Part shown: positions 16,664 through 28,799 of the stretch, piece by piece
How positions within the stretch are numbered: position 1 is the first letter of the stretch
Layout: each line of letters starts with the position of its first letter
NCBI GenBank assembly: GCA_965603825.1
Contig: CBFDEM010000014.1
Location: forward strand, 62,001-126,000
Direction of reading: 5' to 3'
DNA: 64,000 bases
From: Blepharisma stoltei ATCC 30299
Lineage: Eukaryota > Protista > Ciliophora
Notes under the pieces: model-generated
The model's input: the letters and a program-made list of their open reading frames with translations, nothing else
Database searches by the model: none
What the model was told of the DNA's origin: nothing
Translations under genes and position numbers: made by a program

Positions 16664-17629
16664 ATGTTGAGAAACGGATTCTTAGTCTTGATCCTAGCCA
16701 ATTTAATTCTGGGTTTACGCACACATATAAGTCAAGAAGGCGCTGAACTTGAAGTGACATCAGAATCTGCAGAAATTGAAGTAACCAGTGAGCCTGTTTC
16801 TACTGAAGAAGTAGAAATTGGAATAATAATTGATGAGGAAGCTGGAACTGTTTGTTCTACCTGCATAACAATAGATGAATTTGGAGCATTAATCAGTGGG
16901 GAAGCTACTCCTGTAATATCAGAAATTTATGATATTGAAGATACAGAGCAGCCATCAGAAGAGGAGCCAAGCACTTCAGAACCTGAAGAAGCAATTCCAG
17001 AAGAACAAGAAGCTGAGGAAGAAGCGACTGAAGAGGAACCAAGCATGTCAGAACCAGAAGAACAAGGAGCTGAAGAAGAGCAGCCAAGTGAAGAAGAGCA
17101 GTCAAGTACTTCTGAATCAGAAGAAGTAGAGCCTGGTGAAGGAGAAACTATAAGTGGCGAAACCTCAGTCGCTGATAATGTGTATGAGACCTCAGACATA
17201 CCAACTGGAATCCCAGTCGAAAACTGTGTACGAGAAAATCTGGCAGCTATTTCTTGGGATGAAGGTGCCCACATAAGAGTTTATCAAGCTCATGATGGGA
17301 TTGTTCAAGAATGGTGTCAAGATGGATATGGATGGTATACTACTGATTTTTTTGCATATGGTAAAGCAGTATCAGCCATTGCATGGGGAGATGGAAATAT
17401 CAGAGTTTATGTAGGTGATGGTAAAAATATTGTGGAGTATTGCTATGGAAGTGGAAATGGCTGGTATATGGGTGAATTTGAAGTTGAAGGAGTTACTTCA
17501 TCTGTAACTGGCTGGGAAGATGGAGGGAATGTGATATTCAAGCTTTATGTTATAAACGCTGATGGAGGAATAGATGAATATTCTTATGAAAATGGCTGGG
17601 GAATACTTTCCGGTATGAGTTCAGAATAA
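16664..17629 (+). CDS. Secreted protein: signal peptide, Glu-rich region, three RSL/AAL-type fucose-lectin beta-propeller blades (paralogue 1)
   Basis: Hydrophobic N-terminus. Blades AAISW..HIRVY...EWC.DG.GWY, SAIAW..NIRVY...EYCY...GWY.GEF and SVTGW...FKLY...EY.Y.NGW match the Ralstonia RSL/BambL repeat pattern. Confidence 0.88.
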   Translation: MLRNGFLVLILANLILGLRTHISQEGAELEVTSESAEIEVTSEPVSTEEVEIGIIIDEEAGTVCSTCITIDEFGALISGEATPVISEIYDIEDTEQPSEEEPSTSEPEEAIPEEQEAEEEATEEEPSMSEPEEQGAEEEQPSEEEQSSTSESEEVEPGEGETISGETSVADNVYETSDIPTGIPVENCVRENLAAISWDEGAHIRVYQAHDGIVQEWCQDGYGWYTTDFFAYGKAVSAIAWGDGNIRVYVGDGKNIVEYCYGSGNGWYMGEFEVEGVTSSVTGWEDGGNVIFKLYVINADGGIDEYSYENGWGILSGMSSE

Positions 17630-18240
17630 ATTAAAAATTTTAATAATTATAATTAGGAAATGAAGAAAAAATGATTAAAAATTCAGCAGAAAGCTTTAGA
17701 CCTAGACAATGATAGTTTCCTTACAATTATAAAAGTTTTTTAATTTTAAACTTTTATTAGTTAAATCAAAAACTGATAAATTTACCAATCTCTGAAAATT
17801 ATATAATTTTAGATTTTAAAAATTATCTCTTTAATAATAACTGCAGTTTTTCTTAAAATATAGATAGCGAATAAAAACTTTTTTTTTGATTTACTATCTT
17901 TCATAATTAGCAAAATAATTGATATCTTAATTTAGTGAAAAAATTTAATAAAACTTTAATTAGTAAAAAATTGCTAAAACCTTTAATGCTTAATAAATAG
18001 CTTTTGTCTTTATTTATTATATTAGACGATTTTTTATATTAAAAAATTTCTAACTATTGTATAAAGCTTTTAATTAATAGAATTATTTATCTTCATTCCA
18101 AACAAAAAGTGACAATTCCCGCTAAATCAATCTCTTTCAAAAAATTGATATCCACCAGCAAAGCAAATTATAAAATAAATCTATTTATAATAATTTATAA
18201 AAACTCTCTCAAATTGATACAATAAAATGTCCAATTATAT

Positions 18241-19089
18241 ATGTTAAAAAACGGATTTCTGTTTTTAGTCCTAGCTAATATTATCCTCGGTTTACGCACA
18301 AAAATCACCCAGACTGCTCCTGAGCTCGAAGAAAGCTCAGAATCCGCTGAAATTGAAGTTTCAAGCGACTCTTATAGTACAGACACAGTAGAAATTGGTG
18401 TAATAATTGACGAAGAAGCTGGAACTGTTTGCACAAATTGCATTACTATAGACGAATTTGAAGCTTTAATAAGCGGAGAAGCAATAGCTGACATTAATCA
18501 AATATATGACACTGAAGAAACAGAACAGCCATCAGAAGAGGAGACAGAGCCAGAAGAAGAAAGCACTTCTGAATCAGAAGAAGTAGTGCCTGGTGAAGAA
18601 GAAACCATAAGTGGATTACCCTCTGTCGCTGATAATGTGTATGCGACCTCAGACGTACCAACTGGAATCCCAGTCGAAAATTGTTTAAAAGAGACTTTAG
18701 CTGCTGTTTCTTGGACAAATGATATTACTCATTTGAGAGTTTATCATGCTCATGATGGGATAATCGAAGAATGGTGCGAAGATGGATATGGATGGTTTTC
18801 AACAGGATATTTTACTATTGGAAAGACAGTCTCAGCAATAGCATGGGGTGATACTAATATTAGAGTTTATGTAGGTGATGGTAAAAATATTGTGGAGTAC
18901 TGCTATTCAGGAGGAAATGGCTGGTATAAAGGGGCTTTTGAAGTTGAAGGAGTTACTTCATCTGTAACTGGCTGGGAAGATGAAGGAAATTTGATATTCA
19001 AGCTTTATGTTGTAAACGCTGAAGGAGGGATAGAAGAATATACTTATGAAAACGGCTGGGGAACACTTTTCGATATGAGTTCACAATAA
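18241..19089 (+). CDS. Secreted three-blade fucose-lectin-like protein (paralogue 2, shorter acidic linker)
   Basis: Collinear paralogue of 16664..17629, 39 aa shorter, with most of the difference in the EEQPSEEE repeat region. Confidence 0.88.
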   Translation: MLKNGFLFLVLANIILGLRTKITQTAPELEESSESAEIEVSSDSYSTDTVEIGVIIDEEAGTVCTNCITIDEFEALISGEAIADINQIYDTEETEQPSEEETEPEEESTSESEEVVPGEEETISGLPSVADNVYATSDVPTGIPVENCLKETLAAVSWTNDITHLRVYHAHDGIIEEWCEDGYGWFSTGYFTIGKTVSAIAWGDTNIRVYVGDGKNIVEYCYSGGNGWYKGAFEVEGVTSSVTGWEDEGNLIFKLYVVNAEGGIEEYTYENGWGTLFDMSSQ

Positions 19090-19184
19090 ATTAAAATTAT
19101 AATTAATTTTAGTGAAAAGATGGAAATTGCCTATAGAATAGAAACTATAAAGAAACATTGCAATTTTAAATTGTATAAATTTCG

Positions 19185-21011
19185 TTAATGTTTTAATTTG
19201 AGCACTTTTCGTACCAAATGTCCTCGGATATTTGCTTGTATAAACATAATAGCATCTAAGATAATTTTATAAAGACTCCTTACGCTGAACATTTTAATGT
19301 TTTTTTGTATTTTAATAATTGCTGCCTTCGTTCTTTGATATCTTTTTCTTGCTAAAAATCCCCGAATTCTTGCTTGAATGTAAGTTAAAGTTCCAAATAA
19401 TGTTTTAGTTTTCGCAAATAAATCTGATGATTTTTCTTGGTGTTTAGGGGAAAATTGTTGGCTAAAATCTTTTAAATTATATTTTTCTTTCCTTCTTTTA
19501 TTGAAACTCCGTCTAAATCACCTTTGAATTACTCTAGCTGCATTTTTCATTTTCAAGAATTTCTTCCTGCAAAGTCACCTTCTTATAAAAGTTTGAATTA
19601 CTATACAATTTAATGTTTTTCTTGATAAATCTGCAGATTTAGCTTCAGAGCTGCATTTTACACTGTTTTCTTCTGGTACATTTTTTAAAGGGTTTTTATA
19701 TACATTTTCGAATTTATTTAGTCTTTTTTTGATAGTTGATAGTTTATTCCCTATAGAATCCAGCTTTTCATGAATCGTTTTAGTTATAGGTGAAGTCTGT
19801 TTTATAAATTTGTTTTTTATGGGAAAATTGTGTTTTACTGATTTTGGTTGATTTATTATTGGATTTATAGGGTCCAAATGTATTGATCTTTTGGTAGAGT
19901 TCCCATTGCTATGGGAAATTGGAGTTGCTGGTAGCTTAAAAAATTCTATCGATAATTTAGGCTTTTTTCTACCGATATTTTGAATTTTTTGTGTGTTTTT
20001 TTGGTCGAGTGATATAGGATTTTCAAATGGCACTTCACTGTTTTGCTTTTTATGTCTTGGCTTATCTTTATTAACTCTATCAATATTTTTACTCGTGTTC
20101 TTACGTAATAATGAGGTCGGTGATAATGATGTTTTTGATTTTTTTTTGCTAAATCATGAATTTTCATTAGTTTGCTCAAAATTATTTATTTTTTCCTCAG
20201 TTTTTCCTGTCAAATTTGTCCAGGGTCCAATTGCATGACTACCGTCCTGCCAAGGTGTTGTATCAAGTAAAATCTCCCCAGGAGAATTTAGCAACAAATT
20301 TCTTTGTTTTAGTCTCAAATCAGGCAAAAAAGACTGAAAGTTCTTTTCCTTAATAATTTCATCAGTGCTCGAATTCATATAACTTTCCAAAGTCAATGAA
20401 CTTTCACTTGGCTCTTGCTTTTTCACAATAAAATTTTTAGTAATTTCATGATTTTTCCCTAATTTTTTCAAAGCGATTTCATATCCTTTTTTCATATAAA
20501 ATTCTGCTTCATTATAATCCCCTAATTTTCTAGCTGAATCAGCAGCATTCTGATAAGCCACAACTCAAGATTTAACTCATTCATTCGACAAATCATTATG
20601 CTGCTCAATAGTTTTTATAGCATTTACCGCATTTTCTAATGACTGTTTATGATTCCCCATAACAGAAAATAATGAGCAAATATTAAGATAAGTTCCAGCT
20701 AAATTAATATAATGTGGCAGTTTGCGCTCATATTCTAAGGCTTCGAATAAATAATCTAAGGACTTTGAAAATTGGTTTTTCTGCTTGTATAGGCATCCTA
20801 AGTTATTTAATGTGATTCCTTTAAGTCTTAGAACAGAAAAATTGCTACTCAGCTGCTTCAATAGGTGGTTTGCTCTATTTAGTAAAGAAACAGCAAGTGA
20901 AAATTCATCATTTCGTAAAGCGTCAACGGCAGCTTTATTGATGTTTAAAATTGTGCTGTCAAGATCGTCGTTAGAAGCGGCTTGTGCAGAAAATTTCGAA
21001 GAAATATCCAT
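19185..21011 (-). CDS. TPR-repeat protein with C-terminal IQ calmodulin-binding motifs (~608 aa)
   Basis: ORFs 20577..21011, 20154..20561 and 19575..20033 share a frame across TGA codons. TPR motif TLNNLGCLY; IQ motifs IQTFIRRW, IQRWFR, IQARIRGFLARK and IQANIRGHLVRK; ends TAA at 19185. Confidence 0.88.
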
Positions 21012-21083
21012 TTTCTCGATGGAATTAAAATGTTGATATTTATTAGGATTTTAGAATAATATTTTATTAAATAATTAGCAGTA

Positions 21084-21617
21084 TTAGAATTTAATATTTT
21101 TCTTTTTGCTTAGAACTCTGCTATGTATAAAATCTTTCTGTTTTGCTTCGCCTTCCTTAAAATATTCCTCTGATATTTGAAGCCCATAGCTATTATCTTT
21201 TTCGTTTTTAAGCGTCCAAGCTGTTGTAGCTATTCCCAAAATTGCTAGGGAAGCAAAAAATACCTTCATTCAGCTTGGGACAACTAAAACTTCTTCTTTT
21301 TTGGCTTCAGCATTTCCCTCTTCCTTATATTTTTTCTTTTCTTTTCATTCATATTGTGGCCGCTCATACATAGTGTTGCTTCAATAATATTGTTCTTTAG
21401 AAAAACCTTTTGTTGGCTTATTGCTTATATTTTTATAATTTTTGTCATTTTTTTTCAAAAATTCATAAGCTTCGACTAATTCTTTGAATTGTTCTTCATT
21501 GCCACTTTTTGCATCTGGATGCAATATTTTAGCTTTAAGCAAAAAGGCTTTTTTGATTTCACTTTGGCTTGAAGATGAGCTAAGCCCTAAAACTCTTAAA
21601 GATTGGCTAAGTTTCAT
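21084..21617 (-). CDS. DnaJ-domain protein with one TM helix (~177 aa), possibly mitochondrial
   Basis: J-domain VLGL...EIKKAF...AK.LHPD...F.EL.EAYE.L; joined to ORF 21084..21269 through three TGA codons. Confidence 0.85.
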
Positions 21618-21894
21618 TTTGTGTTTATTTATCAGTCATTTTTATATAAGAGAAAGACTATAAATTTTATCCAGATAAGCCCAACACATTTAGCAAAGAA
21701 TTACTATACCTAATTGAAAAATTAAAGGTTTCTATAATAATTAAAATAATAAAGAAGCTAAAAAAAATCTTTTAAAGCTTTATATAATTATCAATTATCT
21801 TATCTTTAATAGATATTTCTTTCAAAAAACAATAAATTACAAATAAAAATCCATAAAATCTGCAATTTAGAAAATGCGATAAAATTAACTTAAA

Positions 21895-22188
21895 TTAGCC
21901 TCTATGGCGTCTCATAACTTCTATAAATTCATTGAATTCAATAACACCATTATGATTTGTGTCAGCTTCTCTGATCATGTCACGGATTTCTTGGTCTGAA
22001 ATTCTTTCTCCCGAGATTTGGCTCATAACAGACTGTAATTCAGAAGAATCAATACTTCCATTGCCATTTAAATCGAATAACACAAACAGATCTTGGAGCT
22101 TGGTATCGTCTCGGTTGTCATAGAACTCAGACATCAGTTTGGTTACTCTTTCAAGCTCTTCGTGATTTAGCTGAATATGCCGAGCCAT
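21895..22188 (-). CDS. Small calmodulin-like protein with two EF-hands
   Basis: EF loops DLNGNGSIDSSE and DTNHNGVIEFNE. Confidence 0.92.
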   Translation of the reverse strand: MARHIQLNHEELERVTKLMSEFYDNRDDTKLQDLFVLFDLNGNGSIDSSELQSVMSQISGERISDQEIRDMIREADTNHNGVIEFNEFIEVMRRHRG

Positions 22189-22924
22189 TTATATTGTTTA
22201 AAAGTTTATAAATTTGAGGTTTAGATAAAAAATTTAATAGTTGCTGGGGTTATAAGCGAAGAGCTTGTTTAAGCTGAGATATTTTTAAAATTATCATTTT
22301 AATTGAACTTCTATAGCTCTAGCTATTTTAATAATTCATAAAAAATAAAATAAAATTACTTATAAGATTACATGCTTTTATTAATTTTAAGCTATTTATA
22401 AAAATAGTAAAATATTCATAAGCCAATGAAAATACCAAAGACAATACTCTCTAGCATAAATTTTAGTAGGTAAAATATTTAATATTGATGTTATTAGAAA
22501 GCGAAGGGGATAAGGAATTATAAATTTCTATTGCAAAATCGAAGTATTCAATTATTGTGATATGTATTCCTTAAAAATTGAAGCTGAATTATGCAATAAT
22601 GTAAAAATCTCAGAAAAGAATAAATTTTGGAAAGTGAAAGAAAAATCTATTTTTCAGTAAAAATCAATTTCTCCATAAAATAAATGGAAATCAGTAAAAA
22701 TAGCCCACTCTGGGTCATATTTTATAAGTTAAATCATTTCTAATCTACTCCTGATAACGAATCAGTAACATAACGAATAAAATCCGAAAGAAAAAAATTA
22801 ATTCCGATTTTCCTCAAAAAATCCTATAATTTAATTTCCCAACCCAAATTTTCCACAGCCATTTCTCTATTTTGATACAAAAATTAAAGCTTCATCATTA
22901 TAAATGTTTCCAATCTCCTTATAA

Positions 22925-23377
22925 TTAATAACTTTCTTTAAAAAGACTTTTACTCTCTCCAGGGATCATATCCTGCAAAAAATCGAAAATATCCGTTCTC
23001 GCTATGCACGCGGCTATGTCATTTCTTTGTAAAGTCCTCCTTTTGCCTTCTTCAGTATGGATCCATGATCGATGAGTGACTTCCAATATGAACATTTCGC
23101 AAGCTTTTGCAAATAACGCTGGGGTTTCTGCACTTATCATTCGGACGTCTTCGTCTGCTTTCATTATTTTCTTGACCCTGGCTAGAGGCAGTTGATGCAC
23201 TTTGAGCTCTTCTATATTCATTTCTTCAATTTCTCGCTTTTGTGATAAAAAGAGAGTATCAAGCTGGGATATATGATTTTGGTAGTTAGAATGATCAAAG
23301 TTTTCAAAACTAGGATTCATACATAATCCGAGCATCGATATCTCGTTTTTATCTTCCATTTTGTAATTATATGTCAT
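22925..23377 (-). CDS. NFYC: NF-YC/HAP5 histone-fold CCAAT-binding factor subunit
   Basis: [62 protein letters not shown]. Confidence 0.93.
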   Translation of the reverse strand: MTYNYKMEDKNEISMLGLCMNPSFENFDHSNYQNHISQLDTLFLSQKREIEEMNIEELKVHQLPLARVKKIMKADEDVRMISAETPALFAKACEMFILEVTHRSWIHTEEGKRRTLQRNDIAACIARTDIFDFLQDMIPGESKSLFKESY

Positions 23378-23661
23378 ATTTGAAAGAGTAAAGAAAGAAA
23401 ATGAATTGCAAAGGATAAAAAAATGTTTATTTTTAGGTTGGTTAAAAAGACTTTGAGGTAATTGATAGAAAATACCAAAATTTATTTTTTATTTTTTGTA
23501 AAATTATTGAGTTTTATAGGAAGAGCTCAAAAAATATAGAATTCGAGACGAATGTCTTCTTATAGTGAATCACAAATTATCTTTTTTGCTCAAAATGATT
23601 ATATCTATTTTCCCTTAAAAATATGAACATTAATTAAACTCTCAAAAAAATTAATTAAAGA

Positions 23662-24468
23662 ATGGCATCACCCAGCTTCAAAGATCGCTTCCAAAACAAG
23701 ACTTCCACAATGTCAAGACTTGGAGAACTCGACCTCGATACAAGCCGCGCTATAACAATGCCAAACAGCCACCAAATTCATAAAACAGTTATGCAAGTAT
23801 CTGCATCTAATATAATTAAAGGCCCTATTCAATCTCCTAGGGCTCCTGCAGCTGACTATCCCCAATTTCCATCTCAAAATCATATATCAACCTTTGATAA
23901 TAGCTCTTATTTGAACTCTTCTACAAGCAATGATACGTCAGCTTATAAACACCATCTCTCACGATCAGTAGATTTTTCCAATCCTCCGCTAATTCCTGAT
24001 GTTTACCACAACTTACATCAGAAAACCATCGATTCTCATAGAAGAAATTTCTCTTACTCAGCTGCTCAGAGAAAGGTCGCAGAAGACTATAATAATGCTT
24101 TAAAAGAAACCCCAAAAACAAGGCAAGCCCAATACGAAGGGGACTACTACAGATCTAAAAAAATCCAAGGCGGGTTTAAGCCATATACCTTGAATGATTA
24201 TAAAGCAATAAAACCGGAAAAATATTACGAGCTGGGTGGGCTTGGGCCAACAATAGGCTCTGACGACTGACTGAAAAAGAGAGAAATCCACGAAAAACGA
24301 AAAGAATATGCTGATAAAATCAAGCAGACGAAGCAAAATATTGTGCCGCCTTATAATTTGGTTACTCCTTTCAAAGATGAAAAAAACTTTAGTTTGAGGC
24401 AGTCGGATAATGGGATGCCAGTGCCACTTTCACCAGTGAAAATTATGAACCATGATGAAAAAATTTAA
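23662..24468 (+). CDS. Hypothetical protein with JHY-like (ciliary) motif
   Basis: Reads through TGA 24268-24270 to TAA 24468. FKPYTL.DYK...LGGLGP...KRKEYA.KIK resembles the JHY C-terminal motif. Confidence 0.7.
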
Positions 24469-24530
24469 CCTCTAACTGTATAAGAAAATTTTCATATAAA
24501 ATCATAAATCTCGCGAATTCTTTGTTTAGC

Positions 24531-24992
24531 TTATAATCTTCTTCCTCTTCTACCTCCAGCTCTTCTTGTGCTATCTGTAGGAATAGGTGTAACATCTTCG
24601 ATTCTGCCAATAAGCATTCCATTTCTAGCTAAAGCTCTTAAAGCAGCTTGAGCTCCAGGTCCTGGTGTTTTGCTTTCAGTTCCACCTCTAGCTCTGATTT
24701 TAATATGAAGTGAGTTTATGCCTAATTTTTTAAGGCGATTGCAAACTTCTACAGCAGCAAGCATTGCAGCATATGGTGAACTTTCTTCTCTGTCAGCTTT
24801 AACCATCATTCCTCCTGTTACTCTGGCTAAAGTTTCTCTACCAGAGAGATCTGTAACATGAATAAATGTGTCATTGAAGGTCGCTAAGAGATGGCATACT
24901 GCGAAAATCTTTTCCCCGGTAAGGTTTGGACCTAACATAGCTTGTTCAGGCTCTTCTACCTTCTCTGCTTTACGTCCTTTTGCTTTTGACAT
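24531..24992 (-). CDS. RPS14: 40S ribosomal protein S14 (uS11)
   Basis: [42 protein letters not shown] and GGRRGRRL. Confidence 0.98.
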   Translation of the reverse strand: MSKAKGRKAEKVEEPEQAMLGPNLTGEKIFAVCHLLATFNDTFIHVTDLSGRETLARVTGGMMVKADREESSPYAAMLAAVEVCNRLKKLGINSLHIKIRARGGTESKTPGPGAQAALRALARNGMLIGRIEDVTPIPTDSTRRAGGRRGRRL

Positions 24993-25790
24993 ATTTTATC
25001 CACTAATATTTATTGATATGGTCTTTCATAAAGACAGAAAGGATAGAAATTTGCCTGGATTGGGGATTTTCGATAAATTAGCTTATATAAGAAGGTAAAT
25101 TGTGGAATTATAGGTAGTTTAGTAATTAAATTGAAATTATAATCTTAAATAGCTGTGGCTATACTTTATATTTATAATATTTTTGAACAATTTCATCGAT
25201 ATCTGTATCATTCAAAGTTCTTCCTTTAAATTCAGGTAAAATTACGGAAAGGACTGCTAATTTAGCAACTGTATCGGCATGTTGAGTTCTACTTGGGATA
25301 AACCTGATATTCAGTCTGAGTTATCTTAATAGTGCATCACTACAACTTACAATTGATTCCTATAGCTGCTAAATTATTGTATGTATTTTGATTACCAAAT
25401 AAAAACCCTTAACTCCAGCACTTATTTATTTCTATTTGCTGATAAATGATTTTCTACTTGAATTTTGTTTGCAAGTATCTTGGAGAAAAACAAAGTTCTC
25501 TTTCATATCTTAAAAGCAAAGTTTTTCATTTTCTTCTGAGTATATGTCATCAATGTCCATTTTTCTTATTTTATTCACTTGGCTTTAAATTTCATAAAGC
25601 AAAGCAATTCATTAAATCGAAAGTAGGAACTCATCTATGCTATACCTAATAAAGAGTTATAACTTTATGCATGCTATCCTATATAATCTCCAAATAATTT
25701 TAATTGCCTGTTTTAATATATCTTAAAATTTTCTACTAAGCTTTCTCTTATCACTTTCATTATCTATGTCGAATTAATCAATCTATTTCC

Positions 25791-26462
25791 TTACAAATTA
25801 TTAATCAGCGACTTCACTTGCTCTGATAAATGCGATTCTGTAATCGTATGGCCTCTTTGCAGCTCAATAATTTGATTTACCGTCAAAATAAATTTTCTAT
25901 TCAAATTATCAGTCAGCTCCTCTATCGACCTCGCTATAAGTGGTCCTCTTTCATACACCTCCATAGTAAACTTTTTCATAACTTCATTTATCCTCTGATG
26001 TTTTGAATTTATATACTGCAATATCTGATTGGAAACGGCCGTTGCATTTTTTATGCAGTCTTTTACCACTTTATCAGGGTTCTCTTGGTCTTCTTTTACC
26101 TTCAAATAAATAGCTTGAGAATTCATATTATTGATTTTTTGCATACTTTTTTTTATAGTCTGGACTAGTAAATGGTCTACAAGTTTTACTTGAAATAAAT
26201 TATCAATTGATTGCACGTCAAGGGTATTTAGATGGGCTTCTAATAAACATCTTTTAAATGTATCATTGAAATCTAATAGTGAATAATCGACTTCAAAATC
26301 AATTGATGAAGATTGAGTAATCTCAATATGGACGCCTACTTTATTTTTCCGTTTAAAATCAAATTGAATATCAGTAATCCGAGAATAAATGGTGTTGGCA
26401 GGAGAACTTTGGGAGCGCTGGACTATTGCACTCACACCTTTAGCACTTTCAGAAAAGTCCAT
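25791..26462 (-). CDS. Hypothetical helical protein (223 aa)
   Basis: Intact ATG..TAA ORF with coding-like composition. Confidence 0.7.
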   Translation of the reverse strand: MDFSESAKGVSAIVQRSQSSPANTIYSRITDIQFDFKRKNKVGVHIEITQSSSIDFEVDYSLLDFNDTFKRCLLEAHLNTLDVQSIDNLFQVKLVDHLLVQTIKKSMQKINNMNSQAIYLKVKEDQENPDKVVKDCIKNATAVSNQILQYINSKHQRINEVMKKFTMEVYERGPLIARSIEELTDNLNRKFILTVNQIIELQRGHTITESHLSEQVKSLINNL

Positions 26463-26530
26463 TTATAATTCTTATAGGTGTTATTTAGTAAAGAAATTAT
26501 TTTTAATATGAAAATCAATTTTTTAATAGT

Positions 26531-27712
26531 TTAGACACCTTGGTTAGGAGGAGCCCCTTCTCTTGAGAAAAAGTGCTTAAGCCTATCATAAAGCTCTTGC
26601 AGTCTAGTATCAACTCTTCCTAATTTTTCCCAAAATTTGTCAAACGTATTTTTTAATCCTTCTTCATAATTATCGTGGGTGAATTTTTTAGTTAAATCGT
26701 CTTTGATTGTTTCTAAAGCAATATCTCTGAGGCTTGCTATAGGGTATTTTGTAGGAGCTTCAGAAATAAATTGATGCTTAAGAAGATCATCGACTGAAGG
26801 GCGCTCTTCTGGGATTAATTTTATGATTCCTTGAATAAAGCTTATAGCATTTTCAGAAAAATGGGATGGAAATGAATAGTTTAGCTCTAGAGCTTTGGTG
26901 AAGATTAAGTAATCAGAACCGCCTTGGAATGGGGGATAGCCAGCTAACATATAATAAGCCATACAGCCTATGCTCCACATATCACTTTTAAAGGAGGAAT
27001 CTTTATTTTTTATGCATTCTGGAGCCATAAAATGAGGTGTTCCGACGAAATTTTCGAATTTTTTTTTTCGCATTGAATTTCCAGGGACCTCGACTTCTGG
27101 ATGTTCTAAATCTTTTGCGGTGCCGAAATCAATTATTTTGATTTTTCCTTCATTTGTGATTAAAACATTTTCTGTCTTGATATCTCTGTGGACGATCCCC
27201 CTTGCATGGACTTCTTTCATAGTTTCTAAAAATTGTCTTAAAAAATACCTCATTTGGATTTCTGGCATCCCAAAAATTTTGCATCTATCCCATATTTCTC
27301 CACCTTCAACTCTTTCGTATAGAAAATAAAGATCCATTGAGTCTTTAAAGCATTCATATAGATGAACGACCCCTTCTAAGTCTTTTAATCTATTCATGAC
27401 GTGCTTTTCCATCAAAATGTCAGCTTGCTTTCTCAATTGTGTGACTTTTTGTTTGTTTACTTTTTTTAGTGCATATTGCTTTCCTGTTCTTCTTTCTTCT
27501 ACATGAATAATCTCAGAAAAATTGCCAATTCCAAGTATTTCTAAAAATTGGAAATCATCAGCTGACCTAGGTGGGTGATATCCTTCACAGGTCCATTTAT
27601 GAGTTTTTCAATGTTTTCCTTGGCATTTTTGATCGCAGTAATAAAACTTATGGCATAAAGAACACCTATTAGGAACATTTTCTTTTCCACATGTCGCGCA
27701 GATATTTTCCAT
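26531..27712 (-). CDS. MYND zinc finger + PDK1-like AGC Ser/Thr kinase (~393 aa)
   Basis: N-terminus CATC..RCSLC..YYCDQKCQGKH-W(TGA)-KTHKWTC. Kinase motifs GIGNFSEI, HRDIKTEN, DFGTAK, FVGTPHFMAPE and PPFQGGSDYLIF. Confidence 0.92.
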
Positions 27713-28154
27713 TTATTTTAAAATTATTATTTTTGAGCATCATTATCTTCTTTATATATAAAAATATGCACAAACTGATTAACGCAATAGTTGATCTTTT
27801 TCATGATTTTTCTCGATTTTTTTTATGTTTTTCTGAATTAAAAACTTATTTTTTCATAATTTAAAAATCTAGGCATTATATCTTAAACTCAATTTTAATA
27901 TAAATTGTATAGAGCTCGCCCAACAAAAATTGACTTCCATTTATCTAATTTTTATAAATTTCAGTTAATTCAAGTGCAGTTTGATATGCCATGCATAGAC
28001 ACTGATAAGGACATCTAAATGCTAGATATATAGAAGAGTAGTAAAAATTCAATATAAGGAATTTTTAAAAATGAACAAAAGAAAATTAATAAAACAATCA
28101 AGTCTATTAGCATTTAGGGGTCGAAGAAATTAAAATAATTAAATTAACACAATG

Positions 28155-28385
28155 TTAATTCAAGTTAATGGATATTTCACTTGAAGATGGTGAATGCCCG
28201 GTTTGTGGTGTTTGGGTCTTTCTTTTTCTATACAAATTATTTTGCGTTAGATCAAGTTTTATTGTGTGCTTTTTTGTTGACTTTTTATCAAGCACTGCTT
28301 TAGTTTTAGATTCTTGAGGGATGCTAGGAGGTTGAACTGGGTCACTTACAGTGTCAGTAGATTGCTTGCAGCAGTTTATGCCCAT
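28155..28385 (-). CDS. Small putatively acylated protein (MGINCCK)
   Basis: Less AT-rich ORF inside AT-rich flanks; Gly2 plus a Cys pair suggests myristoylation/palmitoylation. Confidence 0.65.
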   Translation of the reverse strand: MGINCCKQSTDTVSDPVQPPSIPQESKTKAVLDKKSTKKHTIKLDLTQNNLYRKRKTQTPQTGHSPSSSEISINLN

Positions 28386-28799
28386 TTTTAATATATAATT
28401 TTATCAAAATAGAACAGAATTTTGCTGTTAATATTAAAAGAAGAAGGAAAATACAATGATTAAAAAACAATTATAGCTTTTTAGCTATCTCTATATCTGA
28501 AATAACTAGTATATAGCAAAAATATATAGTCAATAAATCTTTAAAGCACTTAAATGTAGTTTATAACTGATGGCTGTACAAAAAATATCTAATAAAGATT
28601 TGTTTCAGTAAACAATAATTAAGTTTCATCGAGCTACTGCTACGGCCAATCTCAATAAAAAACTCCTGAGAAAGAACATAAATTAAATATAAAAATATCA
28701 ATTTTATTATTTTTATTTAGGGGACATAGCATAAATGAATGGCTTAATGATCTAATTTTATTTTTAAAATTTTCGATTTTATTATTATATATATCACGT

